NCBI GenBank assembly: GCA_038087875.1 | Contig: JAXLNO010000306.1 | Span: 45,581-65,580, forward strand | Length of the DNA stretch: 20,000 nucleotides | From: Malacoraja senta | Taxonomy: Eukaryota | Direction of reading: 5' to 3' | Part shown: piece by piece, positions 1 to 9,802 of the stretch | Position numbering within the stretch: position 1 is the stretch's first letter | Layout: every line of letters begins with the position of its first letter | Made by a program: the position numbers and the translations under genes | The notes under the pieces: generated by a model | Told to the model about the DNA's origin: nothing | Databases searched by the model: none | The model's input: only the letters and a program-made list of their open reading frames with translations

Positions 1-9
1 ATGTGCATG

Positions 10-218
10 GGGCCAAGGTGGTGGGGGTCCGTGATGATGCCTTTGAGGCAGTGCCTCCTGTAGATCCCTTCATTTGTGGAAGGGTCAGTACGTGTGCTGG
101 ACTGGGCAGTGTCCACCATTCCTTGTAATCTCCTTTGTTTCTAGGAGTTTGAGAAGCTGAACCAGCCCGTGATGCAACCAATCTACATGCTCTCGACCGC
201 ACACATGTAGAAGTATTC
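10..218 (-). mobile_element. Rex1/Babar-like LINE, degenerate 3' ORF fragment
   Basis: Manual minus-strand translation YFYMCAVESM*IGCITGWFSFSNS*KQRRLQGMVDTAQSSTRTDPSTNEGIYRRHCLKGIITDPHHL matches the recalled Rex1-type C-terminus (FY.C.VESILT.CIT.W...LQ..V..AQ...II.DP.HP); two stops. Confidence 0.75.
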
Positions 219-231
219 ATGGACATACTCA

Positions 232-325
232 TGTAGGATAGACTAGTGTACGGATGATTGCTACACAACATGGACTCGATGGGCCGACACGCCTGTTTCC
301 ATGCTTTATCTCAACTAAACCATAC
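232..325 (+). mobile_element. 3' tail of a CR1-partnered SINE or CR1 3' UTR
   Basis: ggactcgatgggccga...cctgtttccatgctttatctc followed by a ctaaac-like tail; shares the gatgggccga motif with CR1 3' ends at ~11490 and ~15378. Confidence 0.6.
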
Positions 326-409
326 CAAATCATGGAATGTTCAAAGTTTTTTAATGTTGTAAAGCAGGTGGGAACCGTGGACCTTAGTAATGAGGGGTTG
401 AAGATGTCC

Positions 410-640
410 ATAAAATTCCACAATATCTAGCTCCAGTGCCGTCAAACGCTCATCATATGTTAACCCACTTATTCCTGGCATCATTCTTGTAAACCTCCTC
501 TGGACCCTCTGCAGAGCCAGTACATCCTTCCTCAGATATGGTGCCCAAAACTGCTCACAATGCTTCCAATGCGGCCTGACCAGCGCCTTCTAGAGTCTCA
601 GCATTACATCCCTGTTTTTGTATTCTAGCCTCCTTGAAAT
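410..640 (-). mobile_element. CR1 LINE ORF2 3' fragment
   Basis: Minus strand encodes LEYKNRDVMLRL*KALVRPHWKHCEQFWAPYLRKDVLAL.RVQRRFTRMMPG; homologous to 11013-11160. Confidence 0.85.
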
Positions 641-853
641 ATATTGCCCTTGCCAATGGGAGGGAGAGAGCGACAAGGGCTGGCTGTTACGTTTTGACCT
701 CAAATTGGAGAATGAGAATCGCATGGGGCGAGCACAAATTGAAGGGTTTCAAACAAGAGTGAACCCTCTGAGGTGAGGCCTGCCTGGCTGCGTCTCACAA
801 ATACAGGCAAGGCAGCCTCTCCAAGGGAAGCACAGCCACTGAGCCATTGTAAT

Positions 854-890
854 CAAAGATCCTATAGCGAGCAAGATAGTCCACTCCTGC
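854..890 (+). repeat. P-element terminal inverted repeat (3' end of element)
   Basis: caaagatcctatagcg-agcaagatagtccactcctgc versus the reverse complement of 9763-9800, caaagatcctatagcggagcaagatggaccactcctgc: 2 mismatches and 1 indel. Confidence 0.85.
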
Positions 891-1711
891 TAAACCCAAT
901 GGGCTGATTTGTAGTACGCTAGGGAGCGGAATGTGGGCCATTTCAGTAACCCGACCCGACTTTGTATATCCCTCTTACAGTGTAATCAGCGTTGCGGGGG
1001 AACAGTTTGTGTGTGATATAGGGTTAGATTCATAATTCATAATACTGTTCATTTTTGTTAAAGATAGATATGTTTATAAATTATGATTCTGTTAATTTTC
1101 TTTTAATGTTTTTTTAAACATTTCTTTTTAAATGGCTCATGTGCTGTGTTTGAGTTGCTTTTATATTAACTTGCACTGTAATTCATTCATCTAATCACAC
1201 TGTTCACAACTGCAGTATTTGGAAAAATAATAGCAAAATGAAGATTGCAGTTGCTCTACTCTTGGAATGTTCCTTTTTGGCGAACGTCTGAAAAATGACA
1301 ACTGGGGTTTCCAACAGATCTTAATCACAAGTTGGATTTCCAGTATACAGGTTCTCAGACACGTCTGCCCACAACGGTGGTCAGCGTTGAACTAACGCGC
1401 GCAAGTGAAAACCGCGCAAAACAAGCGGCCCCTCCTGAGTCACGTGACCGCGGCTTCCGAACGCCGGGTTCAACCTCTGCATACGCCAGCAGGCGCCGCT
1501 ACACCTTCATGTTTTTTGTGTCTATGGAGTTGTTTCTCAACAATAAAATGGGTCTGGTCTTCCCAATAGCCAGAGAGTGGAATGAGATCTGTCTGTAATG
1601 GTGGGGTTATCTGAATGAAGTCTTTCACAAAATAAAATTTGTTTTGAACAAGATTTACAAATGATGTATAAGTTAAGGATGGTTTTATTCAGCGAGCATA
1701 CAACTGATTAG

Positions 1712-1780
1712 ATACACATACACACACATATATATATGAATGTGATATAAATGTATATAATCATATAACACACATATATA
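1712..1780. repeat. Degenerate (TA/CA)n microsatellite
   Basis: atacacatacacacacatatatatatg...tataacacacatatatat. Confidence 0.8.
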
Positions 1781-2330
1781 TTTCTCCAGATTTTTAATTC
1801 TAATGATAAACTTTATTTCGGCCTAGATAAGAGACAACATTAAATAAAAAAAACATTGTAAACCTTCCCGCAACTTCACCCTGGTGTCCCAGCCGTGCTG
1901 ATCCGGGCCAGACTCCCCACACGCTGTGGAAGGAACATAGGCATCTTTTCGCTTTTACTGTGATTTATTTCTCTTTATAAAGCTGAATATCTGATAACGA
2001 CACATTAGCGGTATATTACACCTATATTGCACCAACCCACTCAATTTTAAATAATTAATAATAGAAATCCATTAACATGGTTAACACATTTCATTTCTGA
2101 CATGCATGGTAAGATTTACATAATTCACATTATTCTGTGCGCGAGATACACAGGGTTGCAGTATTCAGCATATCAGCTAACCAATGAAAGTGATGTACAA
2201 TTCAACGTATGTAACACAATGATAGCCCCACCCCTGCTTGCACCAAAGGGCACAATGTCCAACGTAGATACAATAATAAATAAATCGCCATTTGCATTGT
2301 TTTGTGCAGTTAACAAATCACAATTTCACA

Positions 2331-4636
2331 CTATGTACATAAACGAGTGTATTTCATCAATATATAATTCAACAACATCATGTACTTATGTGCCACTTTT
2401 TGAACTTTCCTGCACTTCCTTTTAATGGTCAAGTCCTGCAGGTTTCTATTCTTAAATTTGAGTCCATAACGTATGTGGACACTCACAAAGATTGCTACAA
2501 TTCGTGCCTTGATTCTCTGGCAGCACAAGTTCATGTCCTTGTATTCCTGAGTATTGTGTATTGCTGTATTTATTAGATGGGAAATGTTGTTCCTGCTCAT
2601 GTTAACATTGTCAAATTCTGTGCGGAACACTTTCTCGCACACCCCACAGAACGTGAGAAAGTGTTCAGAAGGCACCATCAGGGAGCCGAAGTCATATGTC
2701 GATGTGTCATATACCTTATGGTGCATGAATATGAGGGAAGGATCAACTAAGGTGGTATCAGGTCGTAGCAGAACGTCTCTGCATGTGTGACATGTTGAGG
2801 TCAGTTCATGTGAGGTGAGGATTCTACGAGAGATGTGGCCTGCGATGTAAGCCAGTGTATTCTCTTCAGGGAGATCAAGTGAAATGTTGCAAACTACATT
2901 GTTCTGTTGTGCCCTATTGGTATGGGAGAGAGATGGAGATGGTTTCTTGACTCTGTCCTTTGTCAGTGTTTGCAGTGTCAAGATAAATTTTGCATAGTCA
3001 GGGGAACGGTTTGCACTCAGAATTGATAAAGCCACTCAGAACTGGCTTTATCAGTTCAGCTACCATGACCATTCTAAAGCACAGCGAAACTCCTTCACTG
3101 ATGGGTTTTCTCAGAATCCGCCCTTTCGCCGAATGGTGGAGAATAAATTCTCAATGACATCCTCATTAAGCCTGGATGTGAGCATGAAACGAGCGTCTGT
3201 ATTTTCCTTTATGTGTTGCCACAGCTGTGAAATACAAGAAATTGCAAGCCGCCATCCTTTGACAAACAATACATTGTTTGCTCCCAGCACATTGAATCTT
3301 TGCAGTACAGGCAAGCATGATTCAAAGAATGATCAATGCGCAGAGTTTTCAGGCATGGGCCTCCTCAAAATTGTTTTGGCCTTGAGACACCTGCTGTTAA
3401 ATGCATCAAACAGTCCGTCTATCATTGCAATGAACTCCGCAGTATAAGCAGCCTCCCTCCCCAGACAGCTTCCAATAGATGAATAGGTTTACACGCCTGA
3501 TGCTACCGAATGGCTGAGCACCTGCGCTGCTTTGTTGACTCTCATTTTAGAGAAGCTGTTCAGAACAAAGTGGCCTCTGGTCAGTTTATGGACTTTTCTA
3601 ATGTGCAACTGTGATTCAATTTTAAAAATGCGCGAATATGTGCCCATTTGATACGTTTCTTTCTGCCATCCTCTCCAATGACCTCAAAAACATACTTCTC
3701 CAAATTTGATCTCGTGTTTTTTAGCATGTGTGGCGGGTCATGCAGGCAAAAGATCTTGGCTTCTCCGTGGATGAAGTAAGGATGATTTTCTGTGACACCC
3801 AAGTTGTTGTAGAGTCGAACGTTGCTTGGGCCTTGGTCACAAACACGGCCTTAGGCTGTAGTCCACTTGCCTTAACCTTATGTAAGCATTCATTGAGTAA
3901 TATTTGCCATTTGTCCACCCTTGTCCACTCTTGTGCAGTCTCACCACAGAATGTAACCTACAGGCTGTTTCCATTTCCCAAACAGGCCTCTAACCATGAA
4001 AACAAGAGCATGGTGGACAGGCTGTGACGTCTTCCCTAGCGATCCAAAGTCCTCAAAACCCTTGACCCTTCAGTAATATTGTACGAGAAGCCTGCACGTA
4101 GACTCATTTCATCAAAGGAGACGATACATAATGTATCCCTCTCTGTGATTCCTGCTACCCTGTCCTTTAAAAGCTCCAAGGTTTCAGGGGGAAATCCCGG
4201 TCTTACTTCGACATTACGCAACCATCTACGCAGGGATGAAATTGATGGAAGTGTGAACATGCACTGGCACAACTGATATGCTCGGGGACTCTGGTGGTAG
4301 AGGGACAAGGCAAGTACCTTGTCTGAATAATTCCATCGTCTTCCTCTTGCTCTTCTACGCCCTGACGCATTCCGCAATTGTGATGCAAAGAAAGACTTTG
4401 CTGGTTCTAGTAAAAATTCTTCTCCGATCAAGTCCCTAATTGCATTGCTTTCTGTAGTCCCTTTTTCGTTGATTTCATTCATCTGTTGCACCCTTTTCTT
4501 GAGGCTGGAAAGTACGCTGTATTTCATTATTCCAGAGCTCTTCTGTGATTTACATCTGGTGTGAATTGAAGTCCATTCTCACGAATCTGGTCCACAACTA
4601 AGCAGTAAGAATGGTCGGCCTGTATGTTGTGTGACA
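2331..4636 (-). pseudogene. P-element/THAP9-like transposase, main exon (frameshifted)
   Basis: Collinear motifs across ORF pieces: GRRW..KVLALSLYHQSPRAY..FTLPSISSLRRW; SFDEMSL (D 4111-4113); CDQG (D 3836-3838); DPPHMLKNTR; KMRVNKAAQVLSHSVA; FDAFNS; TSRLNEDVIENLFSTIR (E 3150-3152); C-terminal LAYIAG..CxxC..GSLMVPS. Strong acceptor ctaac-(t)9-ccttggcag ending at 4637. Several frameshifts and stops. Confidence 0.92.
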
Positions 4637-4769
4637 CTGCCAAGGAAAAAAAAAGTTAGAAAGGGGTTAAAAGAGGTATATAAATGAAATGGATTTAGCA
4701 TATACATGTAAATAAATCAGCATCTACTGGTAATTCTCATTAATGTGATGCACCAATTTCAGGCTACAA

Positions 4770-4876
4770 AAATAGTAAGATTAAATGAGAACCTACCAGT
4801 TTGAAGTTTGATCTTTATTTTATGAATGGTTACGATGAGGGATTACGTGAAGAACCTGCCAGCCCGCATGCGCGTC
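4770..4876 (-). repeat. DIRS right ITR plus extension
   Basis: 4844-4876 is inverted to 8434-8467 (1 mismatch, 1 indel); 4770-4849 is inverted to 4993-5069. Confidence 0.9.
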
Positions 4877-4992
4877 AATCTTCAAAGCAGCGGTGTGAAA
4901 TCACAGATAACGGTTGATGAACTGAATATAGTAAGATTCGAGAAACTAGAACTACGAGCTGACCTTTATGAGAGAGGATTGGGAGCGGAGGG

Positions 4993-5102
4993 CACGTAAT
5001 CCCTCATCGTAACTCCTCATAAAATAATCAAACTTCAAACTGTTAAGTTCTCGTTTAATCTTACTATTTCACTTCGGAGTCACGTGAGTGACTACGTGAA
5101 GA
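4993..5102. repeat. DIRS internal complementary region (ICR)
   Basis: 4993-5069 is complementary to the right end and 5067-5102 to the left end (8458-8493), joined at cttacta-TTT-cacttcgg. Confidence 0.92.
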
Positions 5103-5285
5103 CTTCGAAGCTCTGTGATTTCATGCCGTGGACAAATGTCTAAGCCACGCAACTGTATAGGTTGACCAAGGATGAGAGATAAGTGCATTCAGACATGACA
5201 AATTTTTGAAAACATGCTGATGATTTTAATGGACAAATCATAATAATAGTAAATCCTCTCATCCAGGGAAACTATGTAACAGAAC

Positions 5286-6230
5286 TTAAAACGGTGTTGG
5301 CAAAATCCCTGGTCTGGGGAAAGGTTTATTATAAAATGCCTGAAATGTACGTTCTCCTGACCATCCTTTGGTTGCTAGTATATGGTCTAGCGGGACGCCC
5401 ATTGTCCTCGCTGCTGACGTTGATGCTGCCCTGGTGGAGTGAGATTTAAAATAATCAGTATTAACTCCTGCATATGTTAGGACCTGTTTCAGCCACCTGG
5501 AAATGGTCTGAACTGAAACCTTATTATGAGGTTTCTTAAAATTAACAAATAATGCTAGTTCCGAGCCCCTGAGGCTTTTAGTGACATTAATATAAAGTTG
5601 TAGGTGTGTTACCACACATAGCCGGATGTCCAAGGGGTAAGCCGCCAGAACACAGCTTGAGACCGGATGTACATGGTCTGCTTTGCTTAACTAGGTCATA
5701 TACGTAGAACGTTATGCTATTGGCAGATATGATCATTCTGTCCAGTCGGAGCTTGTGTAACGACTGGGCCCAGTTGCGCTTACACCAGCGCCATGAGCAT
5801 CACTACTTTGTATGTGAGCTGGGCCAGGGACAGGGATGTTGCCGGTGCCCACCGGCGGAGCAGAGTTAATACTGTGCCTACATCCCATATTTCCGTATAT
5901 CTGGGCCTGGGAGGTTTTGTGTTGAAGATGCCCTTCATGAACCTGGACACTAGAGGGTGTGACCCAACAAGTTGTTGTCCCAATCTTGGCCCCAGATATG
6001 CCGATAGTGCACTTCTGGCACAGTTAATAGCACTATAACTCAAATTCTTTTCAAAAAATTGTTTGGAGAGAAACTCTAACACATCGGTTATGTGTGCTGA
6101 GTCATATGATATATTGGCTAGCGAACAGTACTCTTCCCACTTCCTAATATGGGAAACGTATTGTTTCTTCGTACTGTCTCTCCAGGCTGCAGTCAGTACA
6201 TCTCATCGTGCGTTCAGGCAATCCGAGCCC
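5286..6230 (-). pseudogene. DIRS tyrosine recombinase (phage-integrase-like)
   Basis: WRDSTKKQY..KWEEYC..VLEFL..LSYSAINCARSALS..HPLVSRFMKGIFN.KPPRPRY..WDV..; catalytic HSTR, GW and FY in ORF 5286-5633; stop at 5780-5782; removing base 5772 restores AQRAQSLHKL with the first catalytic Arg. Confidence 0.92.
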
Positions 6231-6269
6231 CAGGAAAGGTCTTCTCAGACTCTGTGAACCAATAATTTA

Positions 6270-6950
6270 ATTTAGTCATGGAGAGGATGTTTTACCTCTC
6301 CCTCTGTTACAGGGTGGAATGCAGACACTGGCCTTGGGGATGGCCATAAAAGGCTGATCATACCCCGAATAGAGAACCATGGCTATGTCGGCCAGCCTGG
6401 GTTTACCAGGAAGCCTGAGGCAGGTCTCGCCTGACCATAAGCAAGCATTGACTGATGAAGGCAGAACGGGGGGAATGCATAAAAGCACATCCTTCCCCAG
6501 GGTTGCGGGAGTACCTCCACCTCCTCTGTCTATGGGCCTTGCATTCATGCAACATGCTTAGTAACTGGACACTTTTAGTCTGCACGCAGACAATCGATAT
6601 CCGTTGTCCATACTGGTAACCATATTATTGTATCCATTCTGATGTATCACTGAATTATCGTACCCCGGTGTCTAACATTATATTGAGTGTAACTGACAGG
6701 TAGGTAGGTGACATTCAGATATTCCTTGCAATTCATCAGTGTAAATAAGGTAGCCAATTAACATAGCATATGGCCTTAATTCACCCATGTAATTAACCAT
6801 GAGCCACTGCTGTGGTGTTGTTAATTAAAGTTGAACATGCAGGTGATGCATATTCACGCAATTAGTCTTAAATCATAGCTTGCACCCATTAACTCTAGGT
6901 GGTTAGTACTTGTACCATAAAAGGAACTGGTGACTCCTGCATCTCTGTAA
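6270..6950 (-). pseudogene. DIRS pol remnant: RNase H and adenine methyltransferase-like domains
   Basis: Minus-strand fragments NHLELMGA and NNTTAVA (RNase H INxLEL / DNTTAVAY type) at ~6790-6905, and W..MCFYAFPPF..GFLVNPGWPT*PWF (DIRS MT type) at ~6370-6500; heavily eroded. Confidence 0.75.
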
Positions 6951-7146
6951 TGCCAAATGTTTAAAATAGCTAATTCCCTAACTTGTGAGTGGTGCACACC
7001 CTATGTTCTAAAATAAACCATATCCACCTACCTTCATGGTAATTGGCGGCTCCGTGGAATGAATTTCCGTCCCCGAGCTCTGGCGGGTAGAGCTCCTGGA
7101 GTATGTCAGGTGCGCATTTTGGAGGAGGGCCGGCCTTGGCCATGCC

Positions 7147-8277
7147 CTAAAAAAGACTTTGACTCATAATTGTCCGACTTCATGCTGCTACCAGCTTCAG
7201 GGAAACGATTGCTGCTGGTAGAGGCATATGGATGTTGCCGCCGGAAAGCCGAAACTCTGTTGGCTGATGAAGCCTGGATTTAGCCCCAATGCTTTCGCCT
7301 CGTCATCCAGGTTTTTGACCTGTTTAGGTAGGTTTTCACCAAATAGGTAGTTCGGCGACTGGGGTTTACATAATGCTGCAAATTTAGATTGAGGGTGGGC
7401 CGGATGGCATTCTTTTGGTAGCCATTGATCTCGAAGTGCGCATTGCATAGTAGAGCAAGCGCATCTTGTTGGTCCTCCGACAACAGAACTCCATTCACTG
7501 AGGTGGCAAAAGCCGTGATGCCTGAAGCCAGCAGGCCCAGAATTTTCTGGAGTTGTACCTCCTGGTTCCTTATGCCTCCACCCAGATGATTCTATATTGA
7601 GCTGTTGACAGCCGGCACACTTAAAGATGCACAGTTAATGGGTGTGTGGTGCCTCTTGGCCGTGTCCACCATTAATTAGTCTTGAAGCTGGTGTGAAACC
7701 AGATAGTTGATAGTTGCCGCCAGTTCTTCTTCGAGCGGCTCTCCAGTTTGTGATGGCATCACAAATGTTGATGCTATGGGGAGTGTCTCTGTTCCTCGCT
7801 GCCTGCGCATCTTAGTATGCCCACTGGACATATTGCCCAACTCTGAGTCAGCCCACAACTGACTATGGATGCTCCCCTCCTCAGAGAGAGGGATACATCT
7901 AGTAGCCCTGTATCAGGTGCTGCCGCGGGCTCTCTCGGAGACCCGCGCTGATATAACTCCGATCTAAGGAGTGTATCATGTTGGAGCATCCTCTCCATGA
8001 GGTGCTCCATTCGGGACAGGCATCCGGCGATGCTATCCATAGTGGGAGTTGCACCCTCCTGGCCTGACTCATCTGAGTCTATAGGCCTCGCAAACATCTG
8101 CTTGGCTTCCCCCCCCCTCGGGGTAGCCACGGTGCTCTGCAGAGACACCAAGTCTGCAGTCACTGGAATTATCATCAGCGGCTGGGGTGGTGAAGTTGAC
8201 GTCCCGCCGCTACCCGCGGTCCCACGGTCTTCTGTAGCGGATCTCCCCGCGGACCGTCTAGTCTTCATTTTGTCCAT
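7147..8277 (-). pseudogene. DIRS gag-like ORF1 (disrupted)
   Basis: ATG at 8277; low-complexity N-terminus, then PINCASLSVPAVNSSI, EVQLQKI, DALALLCNAHFEIN, AIRPTLN/KFAALCK, YLFGENLPKQVK, typical of DIRS ORF1; lies between the left ITR and pol. Confidence 0.8.
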
Positions 8278-8433
8278 ATATCTTGTTCAACTTGTAGCGA
8301 CCCTGCAAAACAAGTTTGAATGAATACACGACCTCAGAATAAGCTCTAGAACTTACCTGCGGGTCTTTTAACTTACCGGTGGCAGGAGCGACGCGCCTGT
8401 CAGCCAGTCGTGGTGCCATGCAGTAGACGTAAA

Positions 8434-8493
8434 GACGCGCATGCGGGCTGGCGGGGTTCTTCACGTAGTCACTCACGTTACTCCGAAGTGAAA
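8434..8493 (-). repeat. DIRS left ITR / 5' terminus
   Basis: Minus strand begins tttcacttcggagtaacgtgagtgactacgtgaagaacccc; matches the ICR and the right ITR. Confidence 0.9.
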
Positions 8494-8821
8494 TTGAAAG
8501 TTAAATAATGATCTTGCATGAAACTGTCTCCCAGGACGCGTTGCTTACTGCAGCTGGCCGCTGCTCCGGTCCCAGTCAGGGTCCTCTTTGCCCCGCTCCT
8601 CTCTCACCACGGCTGATGGTGGCCGCATGCCGCCGAGATACAGGGTTGGCGAGCGGCGTTCCGGCGTTTGCTCTGGAATGTTCTCGGAACATCTCACACT
8701 TGAAAGTATTAAGTGTCATACATGTTATTACATATTGTGCACTGACAATTGTATCAGTTATGATCCAGCATTGTAATTCAGCATAAGTGAGAAAATAAAT
8801 GTTAATTTAAAAATTACTTGC

Positions 8822-9088
8822 CTCTTTGCTGCTTTGAAGCTTTCGGTGAAGATGGGATGTTCTCATTCTTCCCCTTCAGTGTCCTGCGTTGGGTAGACAG
8901 ATGTTCGGTGGGTTAGTGATGTCAAAGAGCGCTGGAACTGCATTCCAATTTAGCCTGTTCTTGGTCTGCTTGTGGGAAAACTGGTCAAGTTCAAAATGCT
9001 CAGAACAAAGACGGCAGTTATTTGACAAATACTCCGCATTCGCTGTAAGAGATCATGTCGACGAGTATTCTGGACCCACTATCGACAT
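8822..9088 (-). pseudogene. THAP domain exon 2 of the P transposase
   Basis: Acceptor tttcag|a at 9089/9088; (R)CR*WVQNTRRHDLLQR, frameshift, then NAEYLSNNCRLCSEHFELDQFSHKQTKNRLNWNAVPALF (C..HF and AVP box). Donor uncertain (GCAAGT at 8821 or GTAATT at 8817). Confidence 0.85.
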
Positions 9089-9112
9089 CTGAAATTACAG
9101 AACATATCATGC

Positions 9113-9470
9113 AGTCAATATGTTCTTATTCTACATTAAAATGACAGAGAGCTAGAAAGAAAATGCTCTTGAGGAGAAGATTTTTACAAGGATGTTGCCA
9201 TGAGGCCTCGACCGTATCTGGGACAAAGGGGAGCACCCAGCTCTGAGATCTGAACTATAGTGAGAGTTCGGGCAGACTTAATACAATTGTCAGTATGAAA
9301 CAGAGTCAATATGTTCTTATTCTGTATTAAATAACAGAGAGGTAGAAAGAGAAGATTTTTTACAAGGATGTTGCCATGAGGACTCGACTATCTGAGCTCT
9401 ATGATCTAACTACAGTGAGAGATTGAACAGGCTAAATAACATTTTCAATATGCCACAGAAGTAATACATG
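9113..9470 (+). repeat. Diverged tandem duplication (~190/165 bp units) in THAP intron 1
   Basis: agtcaatatgttcttattct at 9113 and 9304; gagaagattttt..acaaggatgttgccatgagg.ctcgac in both units. Confidence 0.85.
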
Positions 9471-9479
9471 TTCTCTTAT

Positions 9480-9589
9480 CTTTCCTCCTTAATGGGGAAC
9501 CTAAAGAAAGACAAGTCGGGTCAGCTAAATTGGCGATTGGAACAATTTACCGCAGAGCAGAATGCAACACTAGTAGATGTGGACGCCAT
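9480..9589 (-). pseudogene. THAP domain exon 1 of the P transposase
   Basis: gccATGG at 9589; MASTSTSVAFCSAVNCSNRQFS*PDLSFFRFPIKEE(R); phase-2 join to exon 2 restores AGA; donor reads ATAAGA (presumed mutated GT). Confidence 0.85.
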
Positions 9590-9600
9590 GGCCAAAGCAA

Positions 9601-9666
9601 AGATACGAGTGCGGAGGGAGGCGGAAGTAAAGCTACGAGTGCGGAGGGAGGCGGAAGCAAAGATCC
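9601..9666 (+). repeat. 30-bp tandem repeat, about 2.2 copies
   Basis: agatacgagtgcggagggaggcggaagtaa / agctacgagtgcggagggaggcggaagcaa / agatcc. Confidence 0.95.
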
Positions 9667-9762
9667 TATCTTTGTGCGGAAGCAAGATGGACGGAAGCTG
9701 GTTACGGAAATGGGTCCTATAATTACCCATGAATCTGCCCATCACCGTACTACGTGTTTATC

Positions 9763-9800
9763 GCAGGAGTGGTCCATCTTGCTCCGCTATAGGATCTTTG
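9763..9800 (-). repeat. P-element terminal inverted repeat (5' end of element)
   Basis: Reverse complement of 854-890; lies ~210 bp upstream of the THAP ATG. Confidence 0.85.
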
Positions 9801-9802
9801 GT

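Larger units (their letters stand above)
4770..8493 (-). mobile_element. DIRS1-type tyrosine-recombinase retrotransposon, internally deleted
   Basis: Inverted terminal repeats, an internal complementary region matching both ends, TTT termini, and order gag - RNase H/MT remnant - tyrosine recombinase. Confidence 0.93.
854..9800 (-). mobile_element. P-superfamily (THAP-DDE) DNA transposon, decayed, with nested DIRS
   Basis: Inverted termini 854-890 and 9763-9800 start CAAAG (CANRG-type P ends) and enclose THAP exons plus a P-type transposase, all on the minus strand. No TSD found, so pairing of these two ends is inferred. Confidence 0.8.

Noticed and set aside
840..853. 7-8 bp TSD of the P element
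   Set aside because: Left flank attgtaat matches neither 9801 onward (gtcaaaga) nor 9997 onward (ttagacca).
1332..1598. 88-aa ORF and other short antisense ORFs in the track
   Set aside because: No recognisable motifs; many begin at non-ATG codons or are shadows of transposon coding sequence.
1790..1945. Tx1/L1-like 3' end or transposase polyadenylation region on the minus strand
   Set aside because: AATAAA and a short A run exist, but the peptide similarity is too weak to call.
5286..6600. Prophage or bacterial integrase plus Dam methylase (contamination or horizontal transfer)
   Set aside because: Both are normal DIRS1 domains and lie inside DIRS termini.
2331..9589. Functional host THAP9 gene
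   Set aside because: Multiple stops and frameshifts, a non-GT donor and flanking TIRs indicate a decayed transposon.
9601..9666. CRISPR-like 30-bp repeats
   Set aside because: Directly abutting tandem copies with no spacers or cas genes, in a eukaryotic context.
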